NCBI RefSeq assembly: GCF_001458695.1
Contig: NZ_LN885086.1
Coordinates: 1,920,001 to 1,952,000 of the forward strand
Direction of reading: 5' to 3'
Length of the DNA: 32,000 nucleotides
Origin: Candidatus Nitrospira inopinata
GTDB taxonomy: Bacteria > Nitrospirota > Nitrospiria > Nitrospirales > Nitrospiraceae
The stretch's first letter is position 1, and every line of letters begins with the position of its first letter. Under the pieces are notes generated by a model. That model was not told the DNA's origin, ran no database searches, and worked only from the letters and a program-made list of their open reading frames with translations. Positions 19,004 to 26,707 of this stretch are shown in pieces. The position numbers and the translations under genes were made by a program.

Positions 19004-20814
19004 GGTTGCGGTTCCTTGTCGGTCGAGGGGGCGGCCGGTGCGTTGCGCCGAGTCCGTTGTTGGGCGCGCGACAAACCATGGGTGCAGGCTTGCCGAACCG
19101 TGGCGCCGCCTTTCTTGCTCCCATGCACGAGCGCCGCCACGGCCGCGGGAGTGCCGAGTTTGCCGAGAGCTTCCGCGGCCAATACGGCCAGTTCTTCTTT
19201 TTTCTTTCGGCCGAGCCACGACCATGCGGTCAGGAGACTTTCCCAATACGGGACCGCTTCGTCCCCGCACGTCGCTCCAACGGCGTGAAACGTCGCCCGA
19301 CGCTCGCTGATCGGGCGGTTTCCGAACGTATCGGCCGACAGAACGGGAAGCCAGTGGGAAAACGAAACCGAGTACTGCCCCGAGATCAGCAGTTTTAAGG
19401 CCGCGATGCGGATGCTTTCCTCTTCATCGTCCATGAAGGAAAGAAGCTTCAGGCCGTCGCCGCTCGGACGCAACGCGCCGATCGCGTGCACGACGGCTTT
19501 ACGGACCTGCGTATCCGGGTGTCGAACGAGTTTTTCGACGGATTCGGCGAACGCCGGGTTCTTTAACTTGGTGAGAATCGCGAGGAGATGGCACACATAG
19601 GACGGCCTTCGGTCTCGCAGCCCTTTGATGAGCGGTTCGGGATTGTCTTTCGCCAGGATCGCAAGCGCTTCGGCGACGATGGCCTGATGAGCCGGCGACG
19701 CCAGGTTGGCCAACAGTGAGCAGAGTCCGGGGACGGCGTCCGGCTTTATCAGCAACAGAATCGTTGAGAGGCCGGCCGTCGAGCCGTCCGGATGCTGATT
19801 CAGATGGGCTTCGATGGCTTTTATCCGGCCCGGGCGGCCGAATCCGTCGAGAAGAGCGCGGACCTGTTGTTTGTGTTCTTCGCCGAGGTCCGGCCTGACC
19901 GCGTCGGCTTCATGAAGCAGGCTGACCACGTGCTCCAAAACCGTCCATTTTCCCTCGCGGAGGAGGAGATCGATGATGTCCCCCCATACGTCGAACAGTT
20001 TCGTCAGCAGCGCCGACGACCGTTCGGACGCGAGTATGGCGGTCAACATCTCCATGATGTGCAACAGACCGTCCTGCTCCCGCTCCGCTTCAATGTCCCG
20101 CGCCAGGGCGGCCGACTCTTCGTCGGTGACCTCGAACCCGACCAGACCGTTGTGCAAGCGGTTGCTCCGGCTCGTCGATTCCGTCTCGGAAGCGGTTGTT
20201 TCATTTGTCCGGCGGGCTCGCTCGCGGTCCAACAAGTCCCGCAGCGAGGAGTCGGACGAACTCAAGATCGCACCGGCCCGGTCCGTTTTATTGTCGTGGG
20301 ACGACGAGTGGGCCACTTCTTCCGCCGTGACGATCGCGATCGTCGAGAGATTCCGTGACCACAGGCGGGTGACGAGGTCATCGTCTTCCTGGCCGGACTC
20401 CGCGTTTCCCCATATCGAATCGAGGAAGTACGTCAGATCTTCTTGAGAGAGGCCTTCGTAGATCGAAAGCTCCCGAATGCCGTCCGCGTAGAGTTTGAAC
20501 GCGAAGCTCTCGCCGCCCTCGCCGAGGTCCGTTTGGTAGACGATGGAATCGTTGAACCGCAGCTCGGAACGATGAACAAGGAAGGTGAGTTTTGAATAGG
20601 CGGCCAGGTGACCCGTCAATTCCTCGAAAAGCTGCCTGGCGAACTTTTGAGCCACGGGGTTCGTCGGGCCGTAGGTGCGGTTCGACTTGGCCGTTTTGTC
20701 CAGCAGCTTGAGGATGCGTTTGACGGAAGCCGTTTCCGGATCTTCCGCGTTCTTGACCGCCGACGCGGTCAGCAGGTCTTGCGCCGTTTTGAGGTCGACC
20801 ATACCTCTTATCAC
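19000..20814 (-). CDS. HEAT-repeat protein
   Basis: About 600 aa. The C-terminal half has repeated HEAT/PBS-lyase-like units (RHPDTQVRKAVVHAIGAL; DDEEESIRIAALKLLI; VLAAEALGKLGTPAAVAALV). Start is uncertain (GTG 20814 or ATG 20802). Confidence 0.7.
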   Translation of the reverse strand: MIRGMVDLKTAQDLLTASAVKNAEDPETASVKRILKLLDKTAKSNRTYGPTNPVAQKFARQLFEELTGHLAAYSKLTFLVHRSELRFNDSIVYQTDLGEGGESFAFKLYADGIRELSIYEGLSQEDLTYFLDSIWGNAESGQEDDDLVTRLWSRNLSTIAIVTAEEVAHSSSHDNKTDRAGAILSSSDSSLRDLLDRERARRTNETTASETESTSRSNRLHNGLVGFEVTDEESAALARDIEAEREQDGLLHIMEMLTAILASERSSALLTKLFDVWGDIIDLLLREGKWTVLEHVVSLLHEADAVRPDLGEEHKQQVRALLDGFGRPGRIKAIEAHLNQHPDGSTAGLSTILLLIKPDAVPGLCSLLANLASPAHQAIVAEALAILAKDNPEPLIKGLRDRRPSYVCHLLAILTKLKNPAFAESVEKLVRHPDTQVRKAVVHAIGALRPSGDGLKLLSFMDDEEESIRIAALKLLISGQYSVSFSHWLPVLSADTFGNRPISERRATFHAVGATCGDEAVPYWESLLTAWSWLGRKKKEELAVLAAEALGKLGTPAAVAALVHGSKKGGATVRQACTHGLSRAQQRTRRNAPAAPSTDKEPQP

Positions 20815-20895
20815 CTACCGGGCGGGGCGGGATTCGTCAAGAAAATCGCGGTTCATCGCGCGGTGGAGGAACATCGCGCAGGATTCCAAATCGTC

Positions 20896-20925
20896 TTGTT
20901 TGGAAAGAGCGGGAACCGCTAGAAT
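20896..20925 (+). promoter_or_regulatory. Candidate promoter for the SGNH hydrolase gene (TTGTTT-18 nt-TAGAAT)
   Basis: TTGTTT at 20896-20901, an 18-nt spacer, and TAGAAT at 20920-20925, about 45 nt upstream of the ATG at 20969. It overlaps the nested inverted repeats described in the findings. Weak -35. Confidence 0.3.
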
Positions 20926-20968
20926 CCTCCCGTCGAGTTCTCGTGTTGTAAGGGGAGCACGCCGGGTC

Positions 20969-21607
20969 ATGAGTCGATCGGCTCTGGTCGTATGTTTCGG
21001 AGACAGTCTGACGGCGGGATTTCAGTCTCCGACCCCCGAGAATCCGATGGGGGCGGAGACCCCTTACGGCCGGTTCCTACAGGATCGACTGGGAGAGGCG
21101 GCGCTCGTTCGGATCAGCGGAGTCTGCGGCGAACTGACCGGAGAAATGGTGAGCCGGTTCAGGCGCAGCGTGTCGGACCGGAAACCCGACTACGTTCCGA
21201 TTTTGGGCGGGACCAACGATTTGGGCTGCGGGCTGTCGCCCGATGAAATCATGGCCAATTTGACGACGTTGTATGAACTGACGCTGACCGCCGGCGGCGT
21301 TCCGATTCCGGTGACCGTGCCGTCGATCCGTGTGGAAGGAAGTCAGGACAATCGGGAAGCGAATGAATGGGTGGCGGGACACCTGGACCGTCGGAACGCC
21401 CTCAACAAGTTGATCCGAGGCTGTGCCGCGTCCCGCTCCCTTGCGTTGGTCGATTTGTTTTCCGCCACCGTGGACCCCGCGAGCGGTCAACTGGCCGCCG
21501 GCTATTCGAACGACGGTCTTCACTTGACAACGGCGGGCTACATGCGGTTTGCAGAACTGGTGGACCAGGTTCTGAGGCCGATGCTGCAACGGGTCGGCCG
21601 ATTCTAA
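20969..21607 (+). CDS. SGNH/GDSL-family hydrolase (lipase/esterase-like)
   Basis: 212 aa from the ATG at 20969, with VVCFGDSLTAGF (block I GDS), GGTNDL (block III) and DGLHLT (block V DxxH). An AAGGGGAG SD-like element lies upstream. Confidence 0.85.
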   Translation: MSRSALVVCFGDSLTAGFQSPTPENPMGAETPYGRFLQDRLGEAALVRISGVCGELTGEMVSRFRRSVSDRKPDYVPILGGTNDLGCGLSPDEIMANLTTLYELTLTAGGVPIPVTVPSIRVEGSQDNREANEWVAGHLDRRNALNKLIRGCAASRSLALVDLFSATVDPASGQLAAGYSNDGLHLTTAGYMRFAELVDQVLRPMLQRVGRF

Positions 21608-21628
21608 TTTTAGGAGGAGGTGTGATGT

Positions 21629-21660
21629 GAGAGGAAGGAGCGCCGGTTCCTCTCGTTTTG
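21629..21660 (+). terminator. Candidate Rho-independent terminator after the SGNH hydrolase gene
   Basis: GAGAGGAA (21629-21636) pairs with TTCCTCTC (21647-21654), an 8-bp stem with a 10-nt loop, followed by GTTTTG. Confidence 0.55.
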
Positions 21661-21738
21661 TACGGTGACGATCCCATAAAGATTTTCCCGGCATCCCGGC
21701 GGGCGAACAGAAACCGGATACAACAAGGAGCCGCACCT

Positions 21739-21918
21739 ATGCGCTGGTTCAATTTTGTTGGATGGGGGATGTTGGCGCTCGCCGTCATGCTGGATGAATG
21801 GCTCTATTTGTATCTGTGGGAAGAATTCAACGTGGGGGTGGTCGTTGCCGCCGCGATCTATTTAGTCGTCGCGATTGGATTGTCCGTTTGGGGAGGCCGG
21901 TCCACCGATCCAGACTGA
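21739..21918 (+). CDS. Small two-helix membrane protein (59 aa), unknown function
   Basis: ATG at 21739 is preceded by AAGGAG (21725-21730) at 8-nt spacing. The product MRWFNFVGWGMLALAVMLDEW...VVVAAAIYLVVAIGLSVWGG has two hydrophobic segments. Confidence 0.6.
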   Translation: MRWFNFVGWGMLALAVMLDEWLYLYLWEEFNVGVVVAAAIYLVVAIGLSVWGGRSTDPD

Positions 21919-22057
21919 TGTCTCGAAGGGTGCGGTGTCCGATAATGTCATGCGCCGCCGGTTCTTTCGCCTCCTGTCTCCTCGACCACGCGCATCTCAT
22001 GACGCCGTGAGTGACGCTCTCAAAAGAAAGAGAGTGGGAACGAAGTCGGTGTATCGC

Positions 22058-22669
22058 TCACGTTCGATGCCAGCGGGTCTCCAAGGCGCCGTCCCGGATT
22101 TCCACTTCCACGATGTGCGGGGTGATCGGCAATCCAGGCGGAGGAGCCGTCGCGTCTTGGAGCGGAGGCAGGATGTGCGACGGATCGTGAGAAAAATAAA
22201 TCCGTCGCACCGTTCCGGCCATTGCCTCGAGGGACGAGCCTCTTGACGCGGTCACCAGCTCGTGGCAGGCCCGCTCGTAGTCGAAGATCTCCCGCAAGTA
22301 TTCGATGTCCTTCCGAGGCAGCCATTCCCGCTCGACGCAACGTGCAAAGAGGTCGATTTCGCCGCGGAGCTGATAATCCGCGGGAGCCCCGGTCGACCAT
22401 AAGTCGTCGAGCAAGTCGCGCAACCAAGGTTCCAGGACGACGCAGGTCATGGGAAAGGCGTCGCAGATGGAGGTGAAGCGATTGGCCCTGGCCAGCGTGC
22501 AGTTGAGCGCCATTCCAGGCTGTCGGGAAATGCGCGTCAGCCTCGCGCGCTCACGATCGGTCAGCCCGTAGGGCGCCAGCGTGGACTCCCCATCGCGCTT
22601 GACCCGACTGGCCAAGCGTACGTCGAGTGTCATGTCTGTGAGGGCGCGTTGGAACTCAGCCAGCGACAC
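22058..22669 (-). CDS. MNIO partner protein (DUF2063/MbnC/TglI-like) candidate
   Basis: 203 aa with a GTG start 15 nt after the MNIO stop and AAGGAA upstream. The N-terminal MSLAEFQRAL... and ...RANRFTSICDAFPMTCVVLEPWL... resemble the DUF2063 N-terminal pattern as I remember it. Position immediately downstream of a DUF692 gene is the canonical partner position. Confidence 0.55.
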   Translation of the reverse strand: MSLAEFQRALTDMTLDVRLASRVKRDGESTLAPYGLTDRERARLTRISRQPGMALNCTLARANRFTSICDAFPMTCVVLEPWLRDLLDDLWSTGAPADYQLRGEIDLFARCVEREWLPRKDIEYLREIFDYERACHELVTASRGSSLEAMAGTVRRIYFSHDPSHILPPLQDATAPPPGLPITPHIVEVEIRDGALETRWHRT

Positions 22670-22684
22670 GGATGATTCCTTGGT

Positions 22685-23581
22685 TCAGAAGATACCCGCC
22701 CGCTCGATCGCGCGGCTGGCGATATTCAACTGAGTCAGCACTCCTTGCCGATGCAGCAGCGGCCAACTGCCTTCATGAAACTCGAACGTCACGGCGCGCA
22801 AATTGGGGGATCGCGGGAGCACCCATTCGAGCAGCGGCCAGACCCCCGCATGCACCGGTCCGGCGTGCGAATCGGTATGGAGCCCCATCATCTCGTCGCC
22901 GCCGGCGATGTGAATCTCAATGACGCCGGAAAGGTCGAGTCGTCGAAGGTATTCGTGGGCGTCGCAACGACGGTTGCGGGTGTTCGCATAAAGATTGTGG
23001 AGATCCAGCAACATGCCGCATCCGGCCTCGGCCATGAGCGCATTGAAAAACTCCGCCTCGCTCATCTCCTCGTCGCCGTAATCGACGTACGCGACGGGAT
23101 TTTCAAGCAGGAATGGAACGCCCAACGTCCGCCGGGCCGAGCGGACGCGCGGAATCAGGAGGTCGAGCGCTTCGACATCGTACGGCATCGCCAAAGCCAA
23201 CGCGGCATGCGTGCCGTGGCCGGAACCGACGCGCGTAAACGACAGGTGTTCGCTCACCCACGCGCAGTTCAGCCGCTCGCACCAGCGGGCCAGTTGGTCG
23301 AGATACTCGGTATCGAAGAAGTCGGCGCTGAGAATCGAGAGTCCGATTGCGTGCAATGCGATCGGCAACCGATGCGCGGCCTGTTCAACTGGCGCAAGCG
23401 GAACCGGCAGCTCTTCAAAACGCCGCCGGTGTCTGGGACCGTGATCGATCCAGGCTCGATCCGGAATGACTGCCAGATGATTTAATTGCTCGAGATCCGC
23501 GCGAACGAAATCCGCAAGCGCGGGGTTGAAGAGCAGCCCGACGCCGGGGAGGCCGACGCCGGGCTCGGTGACCCGCGTCAC
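22685..23581 (-). CDS. DUF692 / MNIO-family (multinuclear non-heme iron oxidative) enzyme, MbnB/TglH/ChrH/BufB-like
   Basis: 298 aa with a TIM-barrel DUF692 pattern: GVGLLFNP, LHAIGLSI, WVSEHLSF, PFLLENPVAYV, LLDLHNLYANTRN, VIEIHIAGG, HTDSHAGPV. GTG start lies 12 nt after the upstream stop, with AGGGA as the SD. Confidence 0.85.
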   Translation of the reverse strand: MTRVTEPGVGLPGVGLLFNPALADFVRADLEQLNHLAVIPDRAWIDHGPRHRRRFEELPVPLAPVEQAAHRLPIALHAIGLSILSADFFDTEYLDQLARWCERLNCAWVSEHLSFTRVGSGHGTHAALALAMPYDVEALDLLIPRVRSARRTLGVPFLLENPVAYVDYGDEEMSEAEFFNALMAEAGCGMLLDLHNLYANTRNRRCDAHEYLRRLDLSGVIEIHIAGGDEMMGLHTDSHAGPVHAGVWPLLEWVLPRSPNLRAVTFEFHEGSWPLLHRQGVLTQLNIASRAIERAGIF

Positions 23582-23593
23582 GACTCGATTCCC

Positions 23594-23842
23594 TTACAGA
23601 TTCACCTGAATGACGTCGTCGAAGCGATGGCGGATCCAGATGTCGAAGCCGGAGATGCAGGCGGGGCAGGCCTTGAGACCGACTTTCTTCAAGATTTCGG
23701 CGTTGCGCGTGATGTTCTTGGTGAGCGCGGTGGAAACGTCGGCCAATGTGCCGCCTCCTACGAGGGCGACTTCGACCGCCGGGCGGCCGGAAGCGCCCGT
23801 CTTGCTCAGGTGAAACGTGGCCGTCCCTTTTCGATTGGTCAT
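23594..23842 (-). CDS. Candidate RiPP precursor peptide (82 aa) with a C-terminal CPAC motif
   Basis: ATG at 23842 is preceded by AAGGAG at 9-nt spacing. It lies immediately upstream of, and co-directional with, the MNIO gene. The only two Cys (C59, C62; codons at 23666-23668 and 23657-23659) form KACPACISG. No hydrophobic signal peptide. Confidence 0.6.
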   Translation of the reverse strand: MTNRKGTATFHLSKTGASGRPAVEVALVGGGTLADVSTALTKNITRNAEILKKVGLKACPACISGFDIWIRHRFDDVIQVNL

Positions 23843-23916
23843 GGTGTGTGACTCCTTTCGTTCGGTGAGGGGATTGTGAATGAGCGGCGCGTGAAGCGCC
23901 GAATGCCGCGGAGGCA

Positions 23917-23945
23917 GGTATATCGTGAGCCGGTGAGCATGTCAA
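23917..23945 (-). promoter_or_regulatory. Candidate sigma70-type promoter of the peptide-MNIO-partner operon (TTGACA-17 nt-TATACC)
   Basis: Minus strand reads TTGACA (23945-23940), an exact 17-nt spacer, then TATACC (23922-23917). The predicted ~65-nt leader contains a 6-bp GC hairpin (23885-23901, CGGCGC/GCGCCG). Confidence 0.5.
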
Positions 23946-24114
23946 GCACGCACATACGGAGGAAGCAGCCGAGCGGGTCTTTCTTTATGCAGTGATACGG
24001 CTGTTTTGACGCCGATGAGCTTCCGAAGATGAAACAGGCCGGTGCGTCGGCTGATGCAAAGACAATCTTGTGAGAGGAGGGGTTCCGGAGGAGCTGTTTT
24101 CAAAAACAATGGGA

Positions 24115-25671
24115 TTACAGAATCCGCCAGGTGCGGCCGTCGTTTTGGATGAGACGGTCGGCTTCCACCGGCCCCCAGGTGCCGGCCTGGTATTCGGGCA
24201 ACCAGCGGAGCCCCTGTTTTTCCCAGGCATCGAGAATCTGAGTGATCCAAGCCCAGGAGGCTTCGACCGCGTCGCGTCGCATGAAACGGGAGGCGTCTCC
24301 CGCCATCACGTCGAGCAGGAGCCGCTCATAGGCTTCAGGCGAAGGACGCCCGAAGACCTCCGTGTATTTGAAGTTCATCTCGACCGGGTGGGTTTGCGCC
24401 CTGGTGCCCGGTACACGGGAGACGATGCGGAGCGAGAGTCCTTCCTCCGGCTGAATCCTCAAGGTCAGCACGTTCGGCGCCTGCGGTTTCCGAGGGTCCG
24501 CGTTGAACAGAATTTGCGGGATTTCTTTGAAGTACACGGCCACCTCGCTGGCGCGGAGCGGCAGGGCTTTGCCCGTCCGCAAATAAAAGGGCACGCCGGA
24601 CCACCGCCAGTTTTCGACGAAACATTTGACGGCCACATAGGTTTCGGTGACGGAATCGGGTTTGACGCCCTTTTCGCGTCGATAACCGGGCACCGGTTTC
24701 CCGTGCACCGTTCCTTCCGTGTATTGCGCTCGCACCGTGACCTTGTCCACGTCTTGAGAGGTAATGGGTTTCAGGCAGCGGAGGACTTCCATCTTGGCGT
24801 TTCGGACCACGTCCGGGTCCAGAGAATAGGGCGGTTCCATCGCGACCAGGCAGAGCAATTGGAGCAGGTGATTCTGCACCATGTCCCGCAAGGCGCCAGC
24901 CTCTTCGTAGTAAGAGGCCCTGGTTCCGACTCCCTCCGCCTCGCTGACGGTGATTTGGACGTGGTCGATGTACTTGCGGTTCCAAATCGGCTCGAAAATA
25001 CTGTTGGCGAAACGCACGACCATCAGATTCTGAACCGTCTCTTTGCCCAAGTAATGATCGATGCGGAAAATTTGCGATTCATCGAAGACCCGGCCCGTGG
25101 CGGCGTTGATCGCCTGTGCCGACGCCAAGTCCCGCCCCACCGGTTTTTCCACGATGATTCTGGCATAGGGGGAGCGGGCGCCGGGAGCCCCGGCGAGACC
25201 GCTGGCGGCCAGTCCCTCGCAAACGGGAGTGAACGAACTGGGAGGGATACTTAGATAAAAAATACGGTTCCCCGGCAGTTGAAACGACCGTTCAAGTTCT
25301 TCGACGCGGGCCTTCAGCCCCGTATAGGTTCGGGGATCGTCGTTTTCGCCGGCCAGATAGAACAGACGTTGCGAAAAGATGCTCCATGAGTCTTCGATCA
25401 AGGCCCGCCGGGAATGCGTGACGACGCCGTCCCGCATGATGGACCGAAACTCCTCGTCGCTCATCGGCGTGCGGCCCAATCCCAGCACGATGTAGTTGGA
25501 CGGCAACAGCCCGTCCAACAGCAGGTTGTACAGGGCCGGGACCAGCCGGCGTCGGGCCAAATCGCCGGAGCCGCCGAAGATGACAATGGTGCAGGGATCA
25601 ACGGGCGTGATGGTTTCCGCGGGCGGACCGTTGTCGAGGCGATGGGCTTGGGGCTCCATGGAGACCTGCAT
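24115..25671 (-). CDS. zwf: Glucose-6-phosphate 1-dehydrogenase
   Basis: IFGGSGDLARRRL (NADP-binding) and RIDHYLGKE (active site) motifs, about 518 aa. Start ATG at 25671 (or 25659) lies just after the gnd stop. The 664-aa track ORF over-extends across gnd. Confidence 0.93.
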   Translation of the reverse strand: MQVSMEPQAHRLDNGPPAETITPVDPCTIVIFGGSGDLARRRLVPALYNLLLDGLLPSNYIVLGLGRTPMSDEEFRSIMRDGVVTHSRRALIEDSWSIFSQRLFYLAGENDDPRTYTGLKARVEELERSFQLPGNRIFYLSIPPSSFTPVCEGLAASGLAGAPGARSPYARIIVEKPVGRDLASAQAINAATGRVFDESQIFRIDHYLGKETVQNLMVVRFANSIFEPIWNRKYIDHVQITVSEAEGVGTRASYYEEAGALRDMVQNHLLQLLCLVAMEPPYSLDPDVVRNAKMEVLRCLKPITSQDVDKVTVRAQYTEGTVHGKPVPGYRREKGVKPDSVTETYVAVKCFVENWRWSGVPFYLRTGKALPLRASEVAVYFKEIPQILFNADPRKPQAPNVLTLRIQPEEGLSLRIVSRVPGTRAQTHPVEMNFKYTEVFGRPSPEAYERLLLDVMAGDASRFMRRDAVEASWAWITQILDAWEKQGLRWLPEYQAGTWGPVEADRLIQNDGRTWRIL

Positions 25672-25685
25672 TGCTCCGGCGAGGA

Positions 25686-26579
25686 CTATTGTTTGACGGC
25701 GTGGCCGCCGAAGGCGTTCCGCAACGCGGCCAACAGTTTTTCCGCGAACGAGTCGTCCTGTCGCGATCGAAACCGAGTAAAGAGGGCCGCCGTAAGTGTG
25801 GGCACCGGCACGTCTTTGTCGATCGCGTCGGCGATCATCCAGCGGCCTTCTCCGGAATCCTGCACGTATCCTTTTAATTTTTCCAGTTTCTGATCTTCTT
25901 TGAGCGCGCCTGCCGCCAATTCGAGCAGCCAGGAACGGACGACGCTCCCGTGCATCCAGAGGTCCGCGATGCGGGCCAGATCGAGTTGATACTCGCTCTT
26001 GGACATCAGCTCGAAGCCCTCCGCGTATCCCTGCATCAGGCTGTATTCGATGCCGTTGTGGACCATCTTGACGTAATGACCGGCACCCACGGCACCGACG
26101 TGGGCCCACCCCTGCTCAGGCGCCAAGGTGGTGAAGATCGGAGCCAGCCGGCTCACGGCCGCTTGTTCGCCTCCGATCATCAGGCAATAGCCGACCTTCA
26201 AGCCCCAGATGCCTCCGCTCGTGCCGACGTCCACGTAGTGAATGCCCCGTTTCTTGAGTTCGGAGGCCCGCCGCACGTCGTCATGAAAACGGGTATTACC
26301 CCCGTCGATGATCGTGTCGCCCGCTTGCAGCAACGAAGCGACCGTGTGAACGGTTTCTTCCGTGGGGGCGCCGGACGGCACCATGATCCAGACCGTGCGC
26401 GGGACACTCAACTTGCCCACCAAATCGGCGATGGAGGAGGAGCCGACGCACCCCACACCTTCCGCCTGGGTAACGAGGTCGGGCGAACGGTCGAACACGA
26501 CGACGCGATGGTCGTCGCGCCGCAGGCGAGTCACCATATTCATGCCCATTTTGCCGAGGCCGATGAATCCCAACTCCAT
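25686..26579 (-). CDS. gnd: 6-phosphogluconate dehydrogenase (decarboxylating), short ~300-aa form
   Basis: MELGFIGLGKMGMNMV Rossmann N-terminus, GGNTRF and VHNGIEY motifs. ATG at 26579 with AAGGAG upstream. Operonic with zwf. Confidence 0.9.
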   Translation of the reverse strand: MELGFIGLGKMGMNMVTRLRRDDHRVVVFDRSPDLVTQAEGVGCVGSSSIADLVGKLSVPRTVWIMVPSGAPTEETVHTVASLLQAGDTIIDGGNTRFHDDVRRASELKKRGIHYVDVGTSGGIWGLKVGYCLMIGGEQAAVSRLAPIFTTLAPEQGWAHVGAVGAGHYVKMVHNGIEYSLMQGYAEGFELMSKSEYQLDLARIADLWMHGSVVRSWLLELAAGALKEDQKLEKLKGYVQDSGEGRWMIADAIDKDVPVPTLTAALFTRFRSRQDDSFAEKLLAALRNAFGGHAVKQ

Positions 26580-26707
26580 AACCGCTCCTTTGTGCGCGTT
26601 ACTCCGATGACGAGATTGGAAGCCTCCGTGCGTGTTTCGAACCGACGGCGTCTTCATTGACCGCCATAGGCGAAACCACGGGGCGATTGCCGGTGCCGAT
26701 CCGCCGG

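Noticed and set aside
21612-21630. Strong SD (AGGAGGAGG) followed by a minimal ATG-TGA start-stop ORF just after the SGNH gene.
   Set aside because: It encodes nothing and overlaps the 5' arm of the predicted terminator. It is probably coincidental, though a start-stop regulatory element cannot be excluded from sequence alone.
25672-26109. N-terminal 146-aa extension of the zwf ORF (664-aa version). Analogous extensions occur on the synthase ORF (8436-8717), the HD-GYP ORF (19004-19270), gnd (26580-26657), the YjbQ ORF (11719-11997) and the SGNH ORF (20675-20968).
   Set aside because: The extensions overlap the upstream genes in another frame, are Arg-rich and lack conserved sequence. Internal starts with SD sequences or stop/start overlaps give proteins of canonical length.
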